64,000 nucleotides of DNA from Eledone cirrhosa (Eukaryota), in contig OZ024745.1 of the NCBI GenBank assembly GCA_964016885.1, positions 102,796,001 to 102,860,000 of the forward strand, read 5' to 3'. The notes under the pieces were generated by a model that was not told the origin of the DNA, searched no databases, and worked only from the letters and a program-made list of their open reading frames with translations. Shown here in pieces: positions 1 to 14,787 of the stretch. The position numbers were made by a program, and so were the translations under genes. Each line of letters starts with the position of its first letter. The first letter of the stretch is position 1.

Positions 1-817
1 CTCGGATTTACCAATGCTTTATATGTGAAATTTGGTAGACGGAAAGGTGCGGAAGCCCATCCTATGAACACACACACACACGCACGCACGCACGCATTAT
101 ATATATATTTATATATATATACATATAATACGTATATATATATATATATGTGTGTGTATATATATATACATACATACACGTATTTTCGCTCTTTATTTTC
201 TTTCTCGTTTTCTCTCATCACTCCTAACCAAAGTTCCAAATAACTTTTTTCTCCGCTTTACTCGGTTGCACAATTTCCTTGTTGTGCCCTAGTAGTAAGA
301 CTTTTTTTAAAAATTATATATATATATATCGACTCATAGTTTCCTTGTCTACTGAACCGTTTCTTCAGTCGTAAGACTTTCCTATTTGTTTGCGGTTTCG
401 TATTTCCGTTGTTCACTGTGTTGTTTGCCAATGTCATAAGACCTTTCATTCTGTATTTTCCGATAATTGTTGTACTGTTCCACACTCATATTTCACTATT
501 ACTAGATATTTTATAGCTGTACAGCTCGTTATTTCAAGCTGAAAGTCTTGTCACCCACTACCAAAAAGTAATGAGAAACAGTTTATGTTCCCATCGCAGT
601 ATCGTCCTCTTCGGAGGAGCTGGTTTGCCGAATTTTGCAGTGAAGCCATGTCGCACATCCTCCATGCTCTTGCCAGAATGCACACGATCATGTGTCCATA
701 CACTTGCAAGCAGCCTCTCTTCCAAACTGTAGCAGCTCTGAAATAGAAAATTATATTATTATTATTATATATTATAATTAACGATATTATATATTATATT
801 ATTAAAACAAAAAAATA

Positions 818-1262
818 ATTGTTTCTACGTCTGGCACAAGGCCAGCAATTACCCAGTACATTACTGGTTCTTTATTTTATCGACCCCGTAAGGATGAAAG
901 GCAAAGTTAATCTTGGCCTATCATCCATTAAAACAAAAAAATAATTGTTTCTATTTTTAGGCACAAGGCCAGCAATCACCCAGTACATTACTGGTACTTT
1001 ATTTTATCGACCCCGTAAGGATGAAAGGCAAAGTTAACCTCGGCGGGATTTGAACTCAGACTGTAAAGGGACGTAACTATGCTAGAAAGCATGGCGTCCA
1101 ACCCTCTACCGATACTGCCAATTAAAAAATAATTGTTTCTATTTTAGGCACAAGGCCAGCAATTATCCAGTACATTACTGGTACTTTCTTTTATCGACCC
1201 CGTAAGGATGAAAGGCAAAGTTAACCTCGGCCGGATTTGAACTCAGATCGTAAAGGGACGTA
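818..1262 (-). mobile_element. Three tandem, partly truncated copies of a ~185-bp tRNA-derived SINE (octopus OK-like; family A)
   Basis: Repeated core aattgtttcta..ggcacaaggccagcaatt.cccagtacattactgg..ctttattttatcgaccccgtaaggatgaaaggcaaagtt at ~818, ~942 and ~1129. Reverse-complement B box (ggatttgaactc) in two copies. Confidence 0.85.
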
Positions 1263-2071
1263 ACGAAAGTTAAAACAATATGTGACAAGGGTGACAAGAC
1301 TTTCGGACCACCCTGTACATACTAGAAATAAAGTAGCAAACTAGCAGTTGACACAGGAGATAGAAGCGTTTGTTTGTTCCTCCTTTGTGTTTTTTTTTTT
1401 CCTTTTCGCGTGCAATTGTGTGTTTGTTTACGTTTTTTATTTTTGTTTATTTTCGTTCGATAGAGATCGATGAACTAAATATAAGGCTTGAAAAATAAAT
1501 ATTAGAATTGATATGGTCGATTGAATTCATCGAAGCTGGTGCTTCAGCATAGCTGTGGGTTAATGACTAACACCCAGTAAAAGAGGAATAAGTTTTATTT
1601 TTGCTGCCGATGTTGCAATTACATACTATGAGACACACTATTCGCGAAACACTGCTCTACGTAGTCGCTCGACCAGATAGTAATAACATTTTTCTCAAAT
1701 CACATCACCAACCAACCAACCAACCTATACGTCTTAAAAGAAAAAAAAATACGGAAGACACATTGGACCATGTAATATCCTAGATAAACAAATAAGACGA
1801 GGTGATTACAGCCGGAACGACTGTTTAATCAGGGCCGACCTGGGAGCTAAACAACATAATTCGTTTCAATCAAATTGTTTACGTAATATATTTGTCTCCC
1901 AGTAGAGCGACGTTGTGTCCAGTGTAAGAAGGCATTAATGTGAGTGTGTTGATCTGTGTATTAGTGAGATTGCTTCTGAATTTATGGGAGTGAGTTTGTG
2001 TGTGTGGGTGTATGTATGTATATATGTGTATATATTTCTCTCTATGTATATATATATCTACATATATATGT

Positions 2072-2290
2072 GAAGGCGTGTGGCTGAGTGGTTAGAGAAT
2101 TGGATTCGCAATCGTAAGGTTGTGAGTTCGATTCCTGGACCAGGCGACGCGTTATGTCCTTGAGCAAGACACTTTATTTCACGTTGCTCCTTCTACCTGG
2201 AGTTGCGACCGATAGATAGTATTAGCAATTGGAAAGACCAACGGAAACATTGTTCCCTCGGTCCGATTTGACGAAAGTCGATCGTTCCTA
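2072..2290 (+). mobile_element. tRNA-derived CORE-type SINE (OR-like; family B)
   Basis: A box tggctgagtggtt, B box gagttcgattcc, CORE-like gtccttgagcaagacactttatttcac. Homologous to 11081-11225. Confidence 0.75.
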
Positions 2291-2296
2291 TATATA

Positions 2297-2351
<55 letters not shown>

Positions 2352-2410
2352 ATGTATGTATGTATATATGCGTATATATCTCTCTCTCTGTATATATATC
2401 TACATATATA

Positions 2411-2441
<31 letters not shown>

Positions 2442-2758
2442 GTGTGTGTGTATGTATGTGTGTATGTATATATATATGTGTGTGTGTGTGTATGTATATA
2501 TATATATATGTGTGTGTGTATGTACATATGTATGTGTATATATATGTGTGTGTGTGTATGTATATATATGTGTGTGTATATATATATATATATATGTGTG
2601 TGTATATATATGTGTATGTATGTATGTATGTGTGTGTATATATATGTGTGTGTGTGTGTATATATATGTGTATGTATGTGTGTGTATATATATGTGTGTG
2701 TGTGTGTGTATATATATATATGTGTGTGTATTTATGTATGTATGTGTGTGTATATATA

Positions 2759-2817
<59 letters not shown>

Positions 2818-2846
2818 ATTTATGTATATATGTGTGTGTATATATG
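2289..2846. repeat. Compound (TA)n/(TG)n microsatellite
   Basis: Directly visible; explains the overlapping YI/CV/HT-rich ORFs. Confidence 0.97.
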
Positions 2847-5800
2847 TGAGGGGCGGGGCGATAAAAGGAGCCCTAACCAAATGCTCCTCCCACACAAAGC
2901 CGGCCAGTCTACCGCGGCTGGCGGTTTTACCCTTGCAAGCAGTCGAAACCATCACAATAGAAAGAACTTGATTCTTGGCGCATGGAATGTGCGTACCCTC
3001 ATGGATATGGAAACCACCTTGAGGCCAGAGAGAAGAACTGCCCTCATAGCAAGGGAATTAGCTCGCTACCGGATCGACATAGCCGCCCTCAGCGAGACTA
3101 GACTTGCCGAAGAAGGATCAGTAGCAGAACCGAAATGAGGCTACACCTTCTTCTGGAAGAGCAATGCAAAGGACGAGGACGGAATCCACGGGGTATGCCT
3201 GGCCATCAGGACTTCACTCTGCAAGCAGCTACCAGACCTCCCAACACCTGTGAGCGAGCGGCTGATGATGCTCCGCCTCTCCCGCGACCCATCTCGGCAT
3301 GTCACAGTCATAAGCGCGTACGCCCCCATTCTCACCAGCAGCGATGAAGCAAAGAACGCTTTCTACGAGGAACTCAACGCACTCGTGAAGGGCCCCCCCC
3401 TCCCAAAGCGATAAAATCATCCTACTGGGGGACTTCAACGCAAGAGTCGGGTATGACAGTAGCAACTGGAGAGACGTGCTGGGACCTCACGGTGCAGGGA
3501 AGCTGAACTCTAACGGCCTCATACTGTTGAGTTTATGCGCCGAGAACGACCTCACCATCACCAGCACACTGTTCCGCCAGGCAGACAAGTTCAAGATGAC
3601 ATGGTTGCACCCCAGATCCAAACAGTGGCATCTGATTGACTTTGCCATATGCCGCAGGAGGGACATCCGTGACGTCAGAATCACCAGGGCCATGCGTGGT
3701 GCAGAGCGTCGGACCGACCATCGCCTTGTCAGGACCATCCTGTTACTGCACATCATCCCGACGCATCACAAGACTCCGAAAATCTGTAGGCCAGCTTTCG
3801 ACGTCGCACGACTCAAGCAGCCAGAGCATCGTGATGCGTTCGCGGAAGACGGCCGGCTGAATGCCCATGGACCAGTGACCGGACCCCCAACTCAACAGTG
3901 GGACCAGTTCAGGTCGCTGGTACAGAGTCAGCCAAGGCAACCATTGGGCCGAGGAAGAGAGTCCACCAGGACTGGTTTGATGAAAACGATGAGCGCATCA
4001 GACAACTCCTCCACCTCGAAGCGCGACCGCTTCAAGCACCTCCAGAGGCAGACCCAAGCAGCACTACGCAGAATGCAGGAGAAGTGCTGGGAAAAGAAGG
4101 CCGAAGAAGTCGAGAGATACGCTGACACAAAGAACTCCAAGATGTTCTTCAGCGCCATCGGAGACGTCTACTGAGCCCCCAAGCCTGTCACCATACCACT
4201 GCTGTCTGCTGACGGCTCGATGCTGCTGAAGGAGAAGCGCAGCATCAACTCGAGGTGGAGAGAGCACTTCAGCAACCTGCTCAACAGGCCCTCCACTGTC
4301 GACCCTGCCGCCCTCGATCAGGTCCCACAGAAGCCCGTAGTCGGCAGCCTTGGTGTTTCCGAACGGCTCCGATTCCTCTCCGCCCTAGCGCACCTGGAAT
4401 TGCCGTATCAGGTTCACAAACGTTGGATGAAGTCACGAAGGCAATCAACCAGACCAGCTCAGGAAAGGCCCATTGGAAGGACGGGATTGCTGCCGAGATC
4501 TTCAAGTCGGCCGATCCAGCTGCCCTGGGGGCCTTCCACACACTCCTCGTCAGCATAGGGGAGGAAGAAGAGGTGCCCAAAGACTTCAGAGATGCCACAG
4601 TTGTCTCGCTTTTTAAGAACAAAGGCAGCAAAACTGACTGTGGCAACTATCGGGGCATTTCTCTCCTGTCCATCTCTGGGAAGGTCTGGCTCGAATCATG
4701 CTCAACCGCCTCATTGCCAACATCTTGAAGGAAAACCTGCCTGAAGCCCAGTGTGGGTTCCACCCAAACCGCAGCACGATCGACATGATCTTCTCTGTAC
4801 GCTAGGTGCAGGAGAAGTGTGTCGAGCAGAACATGGACCTCTTTGCCGTCTTCATAGATTTGACGAAGGCATTCGACACTGTCAACAGGGAAGCCCTCTG
4901 GTTGATCCTGTCGAATTTTGGTTGCTCGACAAAGTTTGTGAACCTGATACGGCAATTCCAGGTGCGCTAGGGCGGAGAGGCATCGGAGCCGTTCGGAATC
5001 ACCAACGGCGTCAAGCAAAGATGCGTGCTGGCTCCCGTCCTCTTCAACCTGTTCTTCACCTGCGTGCTCAATCATGCCGTCAGGAACCTCGAGCTCGGAT
5101 ACAGACTGGACGGCTCCCTGTTTGACCTGCGGCGCTTGACGGCCAAGACAAGGACCGTGCAGAGGATCGTCCTGGAAGCACTTTTTGCTGACGACTGTGC
5201 TCTCATGGCCCACAGGGAGTCTGACCTCCAACTCATCGTCAACAAGTTCGTGGAGGCCTCCTCTTCGATCTCACGATTAGCCTTAGCAAGACTGAGGTCC
5301 TGTTCCATCCTGCACCTCCCTCCGTCGCCCACCCTCCTATCTCCATCGGAGGCACCCAGCTAAAGACGGTAGACGACTTCAAGTACCTCGGCAGTGTCAT
5401 CAGCAGCGATGGAAGCCTCGACAAGGATATAAACGCCAGAATCTGCAAGGCCAGTCAAGCCCTCGGCCGCCTGAGGACACGCGTCCTGAACCAGCACAAC
5501 ATCAGGCAGTCCACCAAGCACAAGGTGTACAGGACCGTTGTTCTCACCAGCCTCCTCTGCGGATGTGAGACATGGACCCTGTACAGAAGGCACCTGAAGC
5601 AGCTGGAACGGTTCCACATGCGCAGCCTTCGGTCAATTATGAACATCAAATGGCAGGACAAGGTCTCCAACATCGAAGTTCTTGACATGGCTGAGACAAC
5701 CAGTGTCGAAGCTATGATACTGAAGAGCCAACTTCGATGGGTGGGACATGTCATCCGGATGGACTATCACTGGTTTCCGAAGCAACTGATGTATGGGGAA

Positions 5801-6174
5801 CTCTGTTCGGGGAAACGAAAGCGGGGCAGGCCTCTCAAGAGGTTCAAAGACTGCGTGAAGTCCAGTTTCAACAACACTGGAATTTCACCAAAACAACCCG
5901 AGTCTCATGCTCAGGACAGCACTGAGTGGCGAGCCCTTACCAGACGCGCCAAAGACTCTTTTGAAGAGAAGAGACGGGCAGAGGTCACTGAGGCCCGTGA
6001 AAGGAGGAGAAAGGCATCAACAGCTGCCCCAAGCGACTCCGGTCTCTCCCCCTGCCCCCACTGTCCCCGGACCTGCAAGTCAAGGATCGGCCTCCACAGC
6101 CACCTTCGTGCCCATGGCAGACGGGAACTAAAATAAAGAAGATGTCATCATCGTTTACGATGGACAACCAAGAT

Positions 6175-6175
<1 letters not shown>
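2847..6175 (+). mobile_element. Near full-length, frameshifted RTE-clade LINE (APE endonuclease, RT, C-terminal C2H2 finger)
   Basis: APE motifs LGAWNVRTL, DIAALSETR, LLGDFNARVG and TDHRLV. RT motifs NYRGISLLS, LAPVLFNLFF and LFADD. GCETW and QLRWVGHV. Terminal [21 protein letters not shown]. Multiple stops and frameshifts; flanked by TG/TA microsatellites. Confidence 0.95.
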
Positions 6176-6801
<626 letters not shown>

Positions 6802-7257
6802 AATATAATTTCAGCGAGATCGAATTACGGCAGTGGTTAAAAACAAAGCGAAACGCAATTTTCGAGATATGCTGCAAGCGCTCAATCGACTAAAAGAAGA
6901 CCAGAACAATAAACATAGGTTATAGAGGCCAAACAAACTGAAAATGGCGGTCATAGAGCCATCAACCACCGAAGCCAAAAAATCGAAGCAAGCTAAAGAG
7001 GTCAAACGATATGTATGTGCGTGTGTGTGTACAGTTTGTTCAATGTATTTCTATATAACGGTAAAAGTATCTGTTAAGAGTGGATGTGCAGCTGTAATTA
7101 TGTTGTTGTGTGTATCAGTATGTGTGTGTGGTCTGCTATGAGATCCTCAAAGACCTCACCGATGTAGGATTAGACCTCATCGTCGTAGTTCGATAGACAA
7201 CCAAAGACGAAGAATTGGGATTGTATATATATATATGTGTGTGGGTGTGTATATGGG

Positions 7258-7322
<65 letters not shown>

Positions 7323-7704
7323 TGTGTGTGTGTATATGTGTGTCTGTATATGTCTAAGCATATATGGTGTATATGTCAATGTGTATACTCATGTATAGAT
7401 GCGAGAAGAGAATACAAAAGTGAAGAAAAGAACGAAAGGGAAATAATAACATGCAAAAGAGAAATAGTTAGCTGGAGACAGTTTTGAAGTGATATATGAT
7501 AAAGGTTGCGTAAAAGAGAGGTGATTTATAAGTGAAACAACATAAACAGAATGTGTAAAATGTGTGAGTGTTATATAGTATAGGATGATTTATAAACAAG
7601 GAGTGGGCATAGCTGTGTTGTTCAAAAATCCACATTAGACACGTGGTTCCGGCTTCTATCCCACCAAATAACAACTTTTTGAATGTGTCTTCTATAGATT
7701 TGGG

Positions 7705-8667
7705 TATACAGTAATCCCCCGCTATATCGCGGTTCACTTTTTGCGATTCCGCTACATCGCGGGTTTTTCTTTGTAACGTATCTAATTTCCTATCGCGGTA
7801 ATCCCCGCTACATCGCGGATTTTTTTGTTAGAACATATCTATTTTCTTATCGTGGTACGTACATCTGAATAAAAAGTGTTTAAATTTTAAACTTATTAAA
7901 TAAGTTTCGATGTGATTGAAGTGTATAGCGTAAGGAAGGGGCATGTTTTTATTTTTCATTCCATTACTGTTCTACTGATTGTGTTTTTGTTCTCTAATCT
8001 ACTATAAACCCTTCATAGATTGACGTATACAGTAATCCCCCGCTATATCGCGGTTCACTTTTTGCGGTTCCGCTACATCGCGGGGTTTTCTTTGTAACGT
8101 ATCTAATTTCCTATCGCGGTAATCCCCGCTACATCGCGGATTTTTTTGTTAGAACATATCTATTTTCTTATCGTGGTACGTACATCTGAATAAAAAGTGT
8201 TTAAATTTTAAACTTATCAAATAAGTTTCGATGTGATTGAAGTGTATAGCGTAAGGAAGGGGCATGTTTTTATTTTTCATTCCATTACTGTTCTACTGAT
8301 TGTGTTTTTGTTCTCTAATCTACTATAAACCCTTCATAGATTGACGTATACAGTAATCCCCCGCTATATCGCGGTTCACTTTTTGCGGTTCCGCTACATC
8401 GCGGGTTTTTCTTTGTAACGTATCTAATTACCTATCGCGGTAATCCCCGTTACATCGCGGATTTTTTTGTTAGAACATATCTATTTTCTTATCGTGGTAC
8501 GTACATCTGAATAAAAAGTCTTTAAATTTTAAACTTATTAAATAAGTTTCGATGTGATTGAAGTGTATAGCGTAAGGAAGGGACATGTTTTTATTTTTCA
8601 TTCCATTACTGTTCTACTGATTGTGTTTTTTTTCTCTAATCTACTATAAACCCTTCATAGATTGACG
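7705..8667 (+). repeat. Three head-to-tail ~321-bp units, each beginning with a pogo/Tigger-like transposon terminus
   Basis: Units start TA+CAGTAATCCCCCGCTATATCGCGGTTCAC at 7709, 8030 and 8351 and are near identical. Confidence 0.9.
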
Positions 8668-8802
8668 GGAGATGTGCAATGTATTACCAAAGGGCTAAAG
8701 TGGCTGTTAATGATCGTATTGGTAACTAGTGTGGCGATCATTACTAATTGTTTTTGGTGTTTGAATACAAAAGTGTGTTTTAATGAGTTTATATGTACTT
8801 AA

Positions 8803-8997
8803 CTCTTTAGCATTTAAACCGGCCATATCCGACCAGAAATCTCTCACCTCTTTCTGTTCAAACCAGCTGTAACTGGCCACTCATACTGATGTTAAGGCAT
8901 TGTTCTCAAAATAAATATACCAAAATCTCACAGATTCGATATTATGGGAGATAATTATGCAAGGTAAAGTGTTTACTGTGAACATACAATAGTAAAT
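8803..8997 (+). mobile_element. piggyBac-like MITE copy, interrupted at its right end by Helitron-like sequence
   Basis: Homologous to 25918-26122 (ttagcatttaaaccggccatatccg...ttctcaaaataaat...ggtaaag). Confidence 0.65.
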
Positions 8998-9245
8998 ACT
9001 AGCAGAATGGCCCGGCGTTGCTCGGGAATTGCTCTAGGGTTCTTATATATTTGATATATATTTAACCTTATCGAGCCTCGTGAAATAAATACGTTTATTT
9101 ATGGCTCGGTATTGCTCGGGATTTGCTCTATAATTCGTATATATTTTATATATATTTATCCTTATCGAGCCACGTGAAATAAATACGTTTGTTTATATTT
9201 TGTTATTGTGTACACAAAAATATCTGTACATGAATATATAATTAT
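8997..9245. mobile_element. Helitron-type non-autonomous terminus with two ~112-bp subrepeats
   Basis: actagcagaatggcccggcgttgctcggg terminus. cgtgaaataaata...aaaaatatctgtaca is shared with the flank of the Helitron coding remnant at 63550-63600. Confidence 0.6.
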
Positions 9246-9254
9246 ATATATATA

Positions 9255-9730
9255 CGTAGCGAAATCTGTCCGTGCTTTGAACCTTGGGTGACACCTAAAG
9301 GTCAAATTCTGGGTCATCACCCTTTTGGTGTGAACGGGTTGATGCGTTGGCTATCTTCTCAAGAGGGAGGCAGGAAGCGATAGGTATATAAAGCCTGTAT
9401 CATCCCACGTTTATAGAGAGACATCGGAGCACCCCACTACAGAACACGCTATATGAAAGATTCACCACTATCAACAGACCCCAGTGGTCTACAGAAACAG
9501 ATAGATTGGAGCTCTACGGTACACAACAAACTAGGTAAAGATATTCCGCTATCTACAAGCCACAGTGGTCTAAAATCAATTACAGACCATTACTATCTCT
9601 CACTCACTATGGTCTTAGACTCACGACGAAAACTATGACGACTGCAACAAACTTTAACCACCAACAAACTTTATCTCGTCATTCGTTGTTTTCATATCAA
9701 CAACAAAATAACATTGTCAACCTTCGCAAC
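9255..9730 (+). mobile_element. Possible degenerate solo LTR
   Basis: Imperfect inverted termini (c)gtagcgaa...ttcgcaac, internal TATA (gggtatataaagc), duplicated cagtggtcta motif. Confidence 0.35.
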
Positions 9731-10129
9731 TCTTGGTAACTGTTTTATTGTACTTTTTAATTGATTCACGTGAAGTAAACCATATCTATATATATAAAAC
9801 TGAGGATGTCTGCGTGTGTGAGTTTGAATCCCTAAAACTCGAGAACCACCCAACTGACTGTTTTCAAACTTTTCTGTTGCTTTCTTTTGTCTTTCTTATA
9901 TCTTTCTTTTGTCTTTCTTTTTCATTTCCTCCTATCTATTTATATATATCTTCCTTTTTTCTCTCCTTTTCTCTCCGTTTTTTCTTTCTCTCCGTCTTTT
10001 TTCTAACTGTGCTTAACACTATAACTAATAAAATAAATATAAACATCTCACTATCCAGACAGCTTCCAAAAATAATGGTCGCATCTAATAGGGTACGTCA
10101 AAATTATCTATAAAACTGTTTATATATTG

Positions 10130-10194
10130 TATTTTGTCTGATGAAGGCATACCATGTTTTAATTTGGTATCCCTGAAATATGTATAATGAAATA
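10130..10194 (+). ncRNA. Penelope-type minimal hammerhead ribozyme (putative)
   Basis: CTGATGA, stem II (AGG.ATACCA...TGGTAT.CCT), GAAAT-atgt-ATA. Stem I tattttgt/atgaaata relies on GU pairs. Confidence 0.55.
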
Positions 10195-10235
10195 AATATG
10201 GTTTTATAAATATAGTTTCCATTTATTTAATATCG

Positions 10236-10365
10236 TATATATATATATATTTATATATGTATATATATTTATATATGTATATATTTATATATGTATATAT
10301 ATATATATTTATATATGTATATATATTTATATATGTATATATATTTATATATGTATATATATTTA

Positions 10366-10396
<31 letters not shown>

Positions 10397-10469
10397 ATGT
10401 ATATATATTTAAATATGTATATATATATTTATATATGTATATAAATATGTATATATATATTTATATATG

Positions 10470-10500
<31 letters not shown>

Positions 10501-10849
10501 GTATATATATATATATATATATATACATAGGTAATAAGCTTGAAACTAGTACAGCGTTCCTTTGTCAGTGTTGAACAAATGAGCAACGATGTTTGCTAGA
10601 CACTGTACGGCTTAATTCGGGATGTTTGTTTACAAACACACCGAGCATTATGATAAATGTTCGGTGAATCCATACGTACATATATATATATGTGTGCATG
10701 TATGTATATGTGTATATATATGCATACTACTGTACGTTTGTATACATATATGTATGTACGTATACATACTTATATATATATATGTATATGTATGTATATA
10801 TATATATGTATATATATGTATACATATATGTATATATATACATATATGC

Positions 10850-10885
<36 letters not shown>

Positions 10886-11080
10886 ATACATACATACATA
10901 TATACATATATATATACATACATACATATATACATATATATATACATACATACATATATACATATATATATACATACATACATATATACATATATATATA
11001 CATACATATACATATATATATATACATATACATATATAAATATATATATATATACATATATAAATATATATATATATATT
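10236..11080. repeat. TA-rich compound microsatellites
   Basis: Directly visible (10236-10528 and ~10680-11080). Confidence 0.95.
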
Positions 11081-11414
11081 GGAGGCACATGGCTTAGTGG
11101 TTCGAGCATTGGCCTTGCAATCAAAAGATTGTGAGTTCAATCCTCAGACCGGGTGATGTGTTGTTTCCTTGAGCAAGACACTTTATTTCACATTGCTCCA
11201 GTTTACTCAGCTGTAGAAATGAGATGATAGGGACTGGGGTCCATATCATTCCACTGCAAAGTGGTCGTGGAGGTGCCACGAGCACCCAGCACTCACTGTA
11301 AATGAGGTTGGTGTTAGGAAGGGCATCCAGCTGTATAAATCAAGCCAGCATCAGTTCCCGTCCCACCCTTTCAAGCAGGGAAAAAGCGGACGTAAAATGC
11401 AATGATGATGATGA
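11081..11414 (+). mobile_element. CORE-type SINE (family B) followed by a repeat with an RTE-like 3' tail
   Basis: A box tggcttagtggtt, B box gagttcaatcc, ccttgagcaagacactttatttcac. Ends ...aagcggacgtaaaatgcaatgatgatgat, matching the LINE tail at ~45720-45750. Confidence 0.75.
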
Positions 11415-11583
11415 TATACATATATAAATATATATATATACATATATAAATATATATATATAAATTTATATAAATATATATATATATACATATATAAATA
11501 TATATATATAAATTTATATATATATATATACATATATAAATATATATATATACATATATAAATATATATATATACATATATAA

Positions 11584-11614
<31 letters not shown>

Positions 11615-12194
11615 CATATATAAATATATATATATATACATATATAAATATTGTTATACTTGGGGAGGGTCATATTTGTGTAATAATATTGCCAGAATTA
11701 ATAACAGAACACACTCACTCTTTGGTTGGTTTTCGCTTCTGTGTCTTTTATATCGATTAATTCAATTTATTCGGTCCTCAATGTTGCCATTGACTGACCA
11801 ACGGTCAAAAATACAGATACATTATAGACACAAACATATATATATAGTCTATCAAAGTTCTTTCGTTGCACATCTGCAACAACGTCAGTGTTGATATTAT
11901 GTTCCCTCCCGTTGCATTGTATGCTTACGCCATCTTTATTTAGTCTGTTTATTTATTTATTTATTTGCTTATTTTTTTTTGTCTTCTCTGCGTTTGCGTG
12001 TGTGTATAGTGTTTTGTTTGATGTGTGTTTTTGTTCGGGTGACTGTGTATTGGTTAATGTATTCTATCTTAGTTTACTAGTGTGTGTTTATATGTGTTTG
12101 TTGTTATTGTGCTTGTGTATGTATCTATTTATTTATTTATTTATACTTCTCTTAGGTCAGTGTTGTTTGTTTGGGTGTTGTTGTTATTCCATTC

Positions 12195-14695
12195 ATGAAT
12201 GAGTTTTTCTTGTCCCAACTTGTCCTTGCACCAACGAGGCATCAGAAGAACATTCTGGATCTAGTGTTTAGTAACCACACTAACACTATACATAATATTA
12301 CAGTGGAAAAAACCCTTCTCTCAGACCATGACATGGTTCTTTGTAACCTGAGATTCCACCAGCCGAAAGCTAATCCCAGGGTCCTCTCTCCAGCCCACCC
12401 ATTTGATAACATGGATCTCCACAATGCCAACTGGGATGCAATTATGAACGAACTATCACATGTCGACTGGTCTTTTACACACGCGCACACTTCCACCAAC
12501 ATAAAAAAATCTTGGCAGACCTTTGTAGACACTGTCACAAATATATGTACAAAACACACCCCACCAAAACCTGTGAATAAAACCAAGTGCAGTATCCTCC
12601 AAAACAGAAAAACAATTATCAGAAAAATAAAAAGAACAAACAAAAAAATTAACACACTAAAATACTGCCAACAGCAACACATACATTCAATGGCTATCAC
12701 CCTGCTTGAGTAAAAAAAATATAACCTCCAGCAATGCATGATGACCATCATCAATAACCAGAGAATAGCTGAAGAGAGGTGGGCCATTGAGAAAATCAAA
12801 CTCAACCCCAAAGTGTTCTTCCCATTCGCTAAAAAACACAAGGTCACCGTCTCCACTGTTGGCCCCCTAGTTGATGAAAATGGCACACTCCAGGCCAATG
12901 CCAAAACCATGGGCGAGATACTGCAGAAACAATACTGCTCTGTTTTCAGCAACCCTGATATGGCCGGTCTGAGCCGTATCCGTGATATTAACCCCCAACA
13001 CACTATATCAGACATAACGTTTGGCGCCCCTGATGTCTTAGCGGCAATAAACGAAATTAAACACAATTCAGCAGTAGGCCCCGGCAGGTTCCCTGCTTGT
13101 GTCCTGAAGGTGTGTCGACACCAACTTGCAACTCCTCTTGCTAATCTGTGGAGGAACTCACTGGACACTGGCTATATTCCTGAAAACTTTCTGTCCCAGT
13201 CCGTTGTCCCAGTCTTCAAAAAGGGAAATAAGTCCCTTGCAATGAACTACCGTCCGATCTCACTCACCTCTCATATTATCAAGGTATTTGAGAGGGTGGT
13301 GAGATCACGAATAACCCACTTTCTTGAAAGCAACGGCCTGCTGAACTCCAACCAACATGAATTCCGTAATGGAAGGGACTGCCTAACGCAGCTCCTGCAT
13401 CACTTTCGCGAGTTTTTGAGAGCCTTGGGAGAGGGCTCCAACACTGATGTCATCTACCTTGATTTCAGCAAGCCCTTCGACAGGGTTGATCATAAGTTTC
13501 TACTGAAAAAACTATCCAATGTTGGTGTCTCTGGAAGGTTACTACAGTGGATCAAATGTTTCCTGACAGGCATAACCCAGCATGTTGTAGTCGAAGGAGT
13601 AAAATCAAGCCCTGCCAAAGTCAGCAGTGGCGTTCCACAAGGCACTGTGTTGGGCCCACTTCTTTTCATCATCTACATTAATGACATTACTGACATCATC
13701 AAACACAGCAACATCAGAATCTTCGCAGATGATTCCAAGCTCCAAAGGGTCATCAATGAGGTGGGTGACCGGACTTGACTTCAGTCAGACCTACTGGCTG
13801 TTATCCAATGGCAGAGATGAATAATATGCTGTTGAATGAGGATAAATTTGAACTAATCCACTTTGGAAAAAAGGATGCCCTGAAACTACCATACTCTCTT
13901 CCTTCGGGTGAAACTCTAGTGGCTTCCAATAACATCAGAGACCTGGGAGTAATTGTGGACAACAATATAAGCTGGGCCACTCATATAAACAGCAAAGTTG
14001 ATATGGTCCGCAGAATGTGTTCCTGGATTCTCAGAACTTTCCAGACGAGAGATATCCACACTGTTGTCCTTCTCTTCTCCACTTTTGCCCGACCCCACCT
14101 TGAAGACTGTTGTCCACTGTGGTCACCCCCACACGAAAAAAAGTATCATGAAAGTTGAAGCACCCCAAAGGTCAATTACAAAAAAGTTAGTTGGCATGAC
14201 AGGCCTTGCTTGCCTATTGGGGTCGATTAGAAAAGCTCAAACTTTATTCTCTTCAACGTTGCCGTGAGCGCTTCATTATCTGTATGATGTGGAAAATATT
14301 CCATCAGCTTAGCCCAAATGATGTTGGCATCACCTTTAGTGTACACCCAAGACTTGGACCATGTGCTATCCGCCCACGACAAAAATCCCACTCGCATCAC
14401 ATAACAACAATACGGCACAATTATTTCACCTCAATTGGCCCTGCACTCTTTCACATTAGACCAAAACACATCAAAGCAGAGACAGACCCCATCAAGTTCA
14501 AGAAGTCTTTGGATAAATTCCTTCAAGAAATCCCGGATAAGCCTCCTACACCCGAATATGCCTCCGTAAACAATAACTCTCTGCTCGAGTGGGCCATGGT
14601 GTCCAAACACTTATTTGTAAGACTTCGCCAGGTGGTGGTGGTGCTATTAAGTTAGACATGGCCTGGGCTAATACTGGCCGAAACCTATCAAAGTT
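12195..14695 (+). mobile_element. 5'-truncated CR1-group LINE ORF2 (endonuclease C-terminus and RT), disrupted
   Basis: PTR..NILDLVFSN, SDHDMV, NYRPISLTS, YLDFSKPFDRVDH, GVPQGTVLGPLLFIIYIND, IFADD, RDLGVIVD, across ORFs 12171-14655. Confidence 0.92.
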
Positions 14696-14697
14696 AT

Positions 14698-14731
<34 letters not shown>

Positions 14732-14737
14732 ATACAT

Positions 14738-14786
<49 letters not shown>

Positions 14787-14787
<1 letters not shown>

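Noticed and set aside
325-375. Hammerhead-like CTGAAGA...GAAAC on the minus strand (similar at ~25155-25198 and ~51955-51995)
   Set aside because: Core or stems are degenerate; at most decayed Penelope remnants.
818-1262. Regularly repeated units resembling a CRISPR array or tRNA genes
   Set aside because: They are tandem SINE copies, with no unique spacers, no cas genes and no full cloverleaf.
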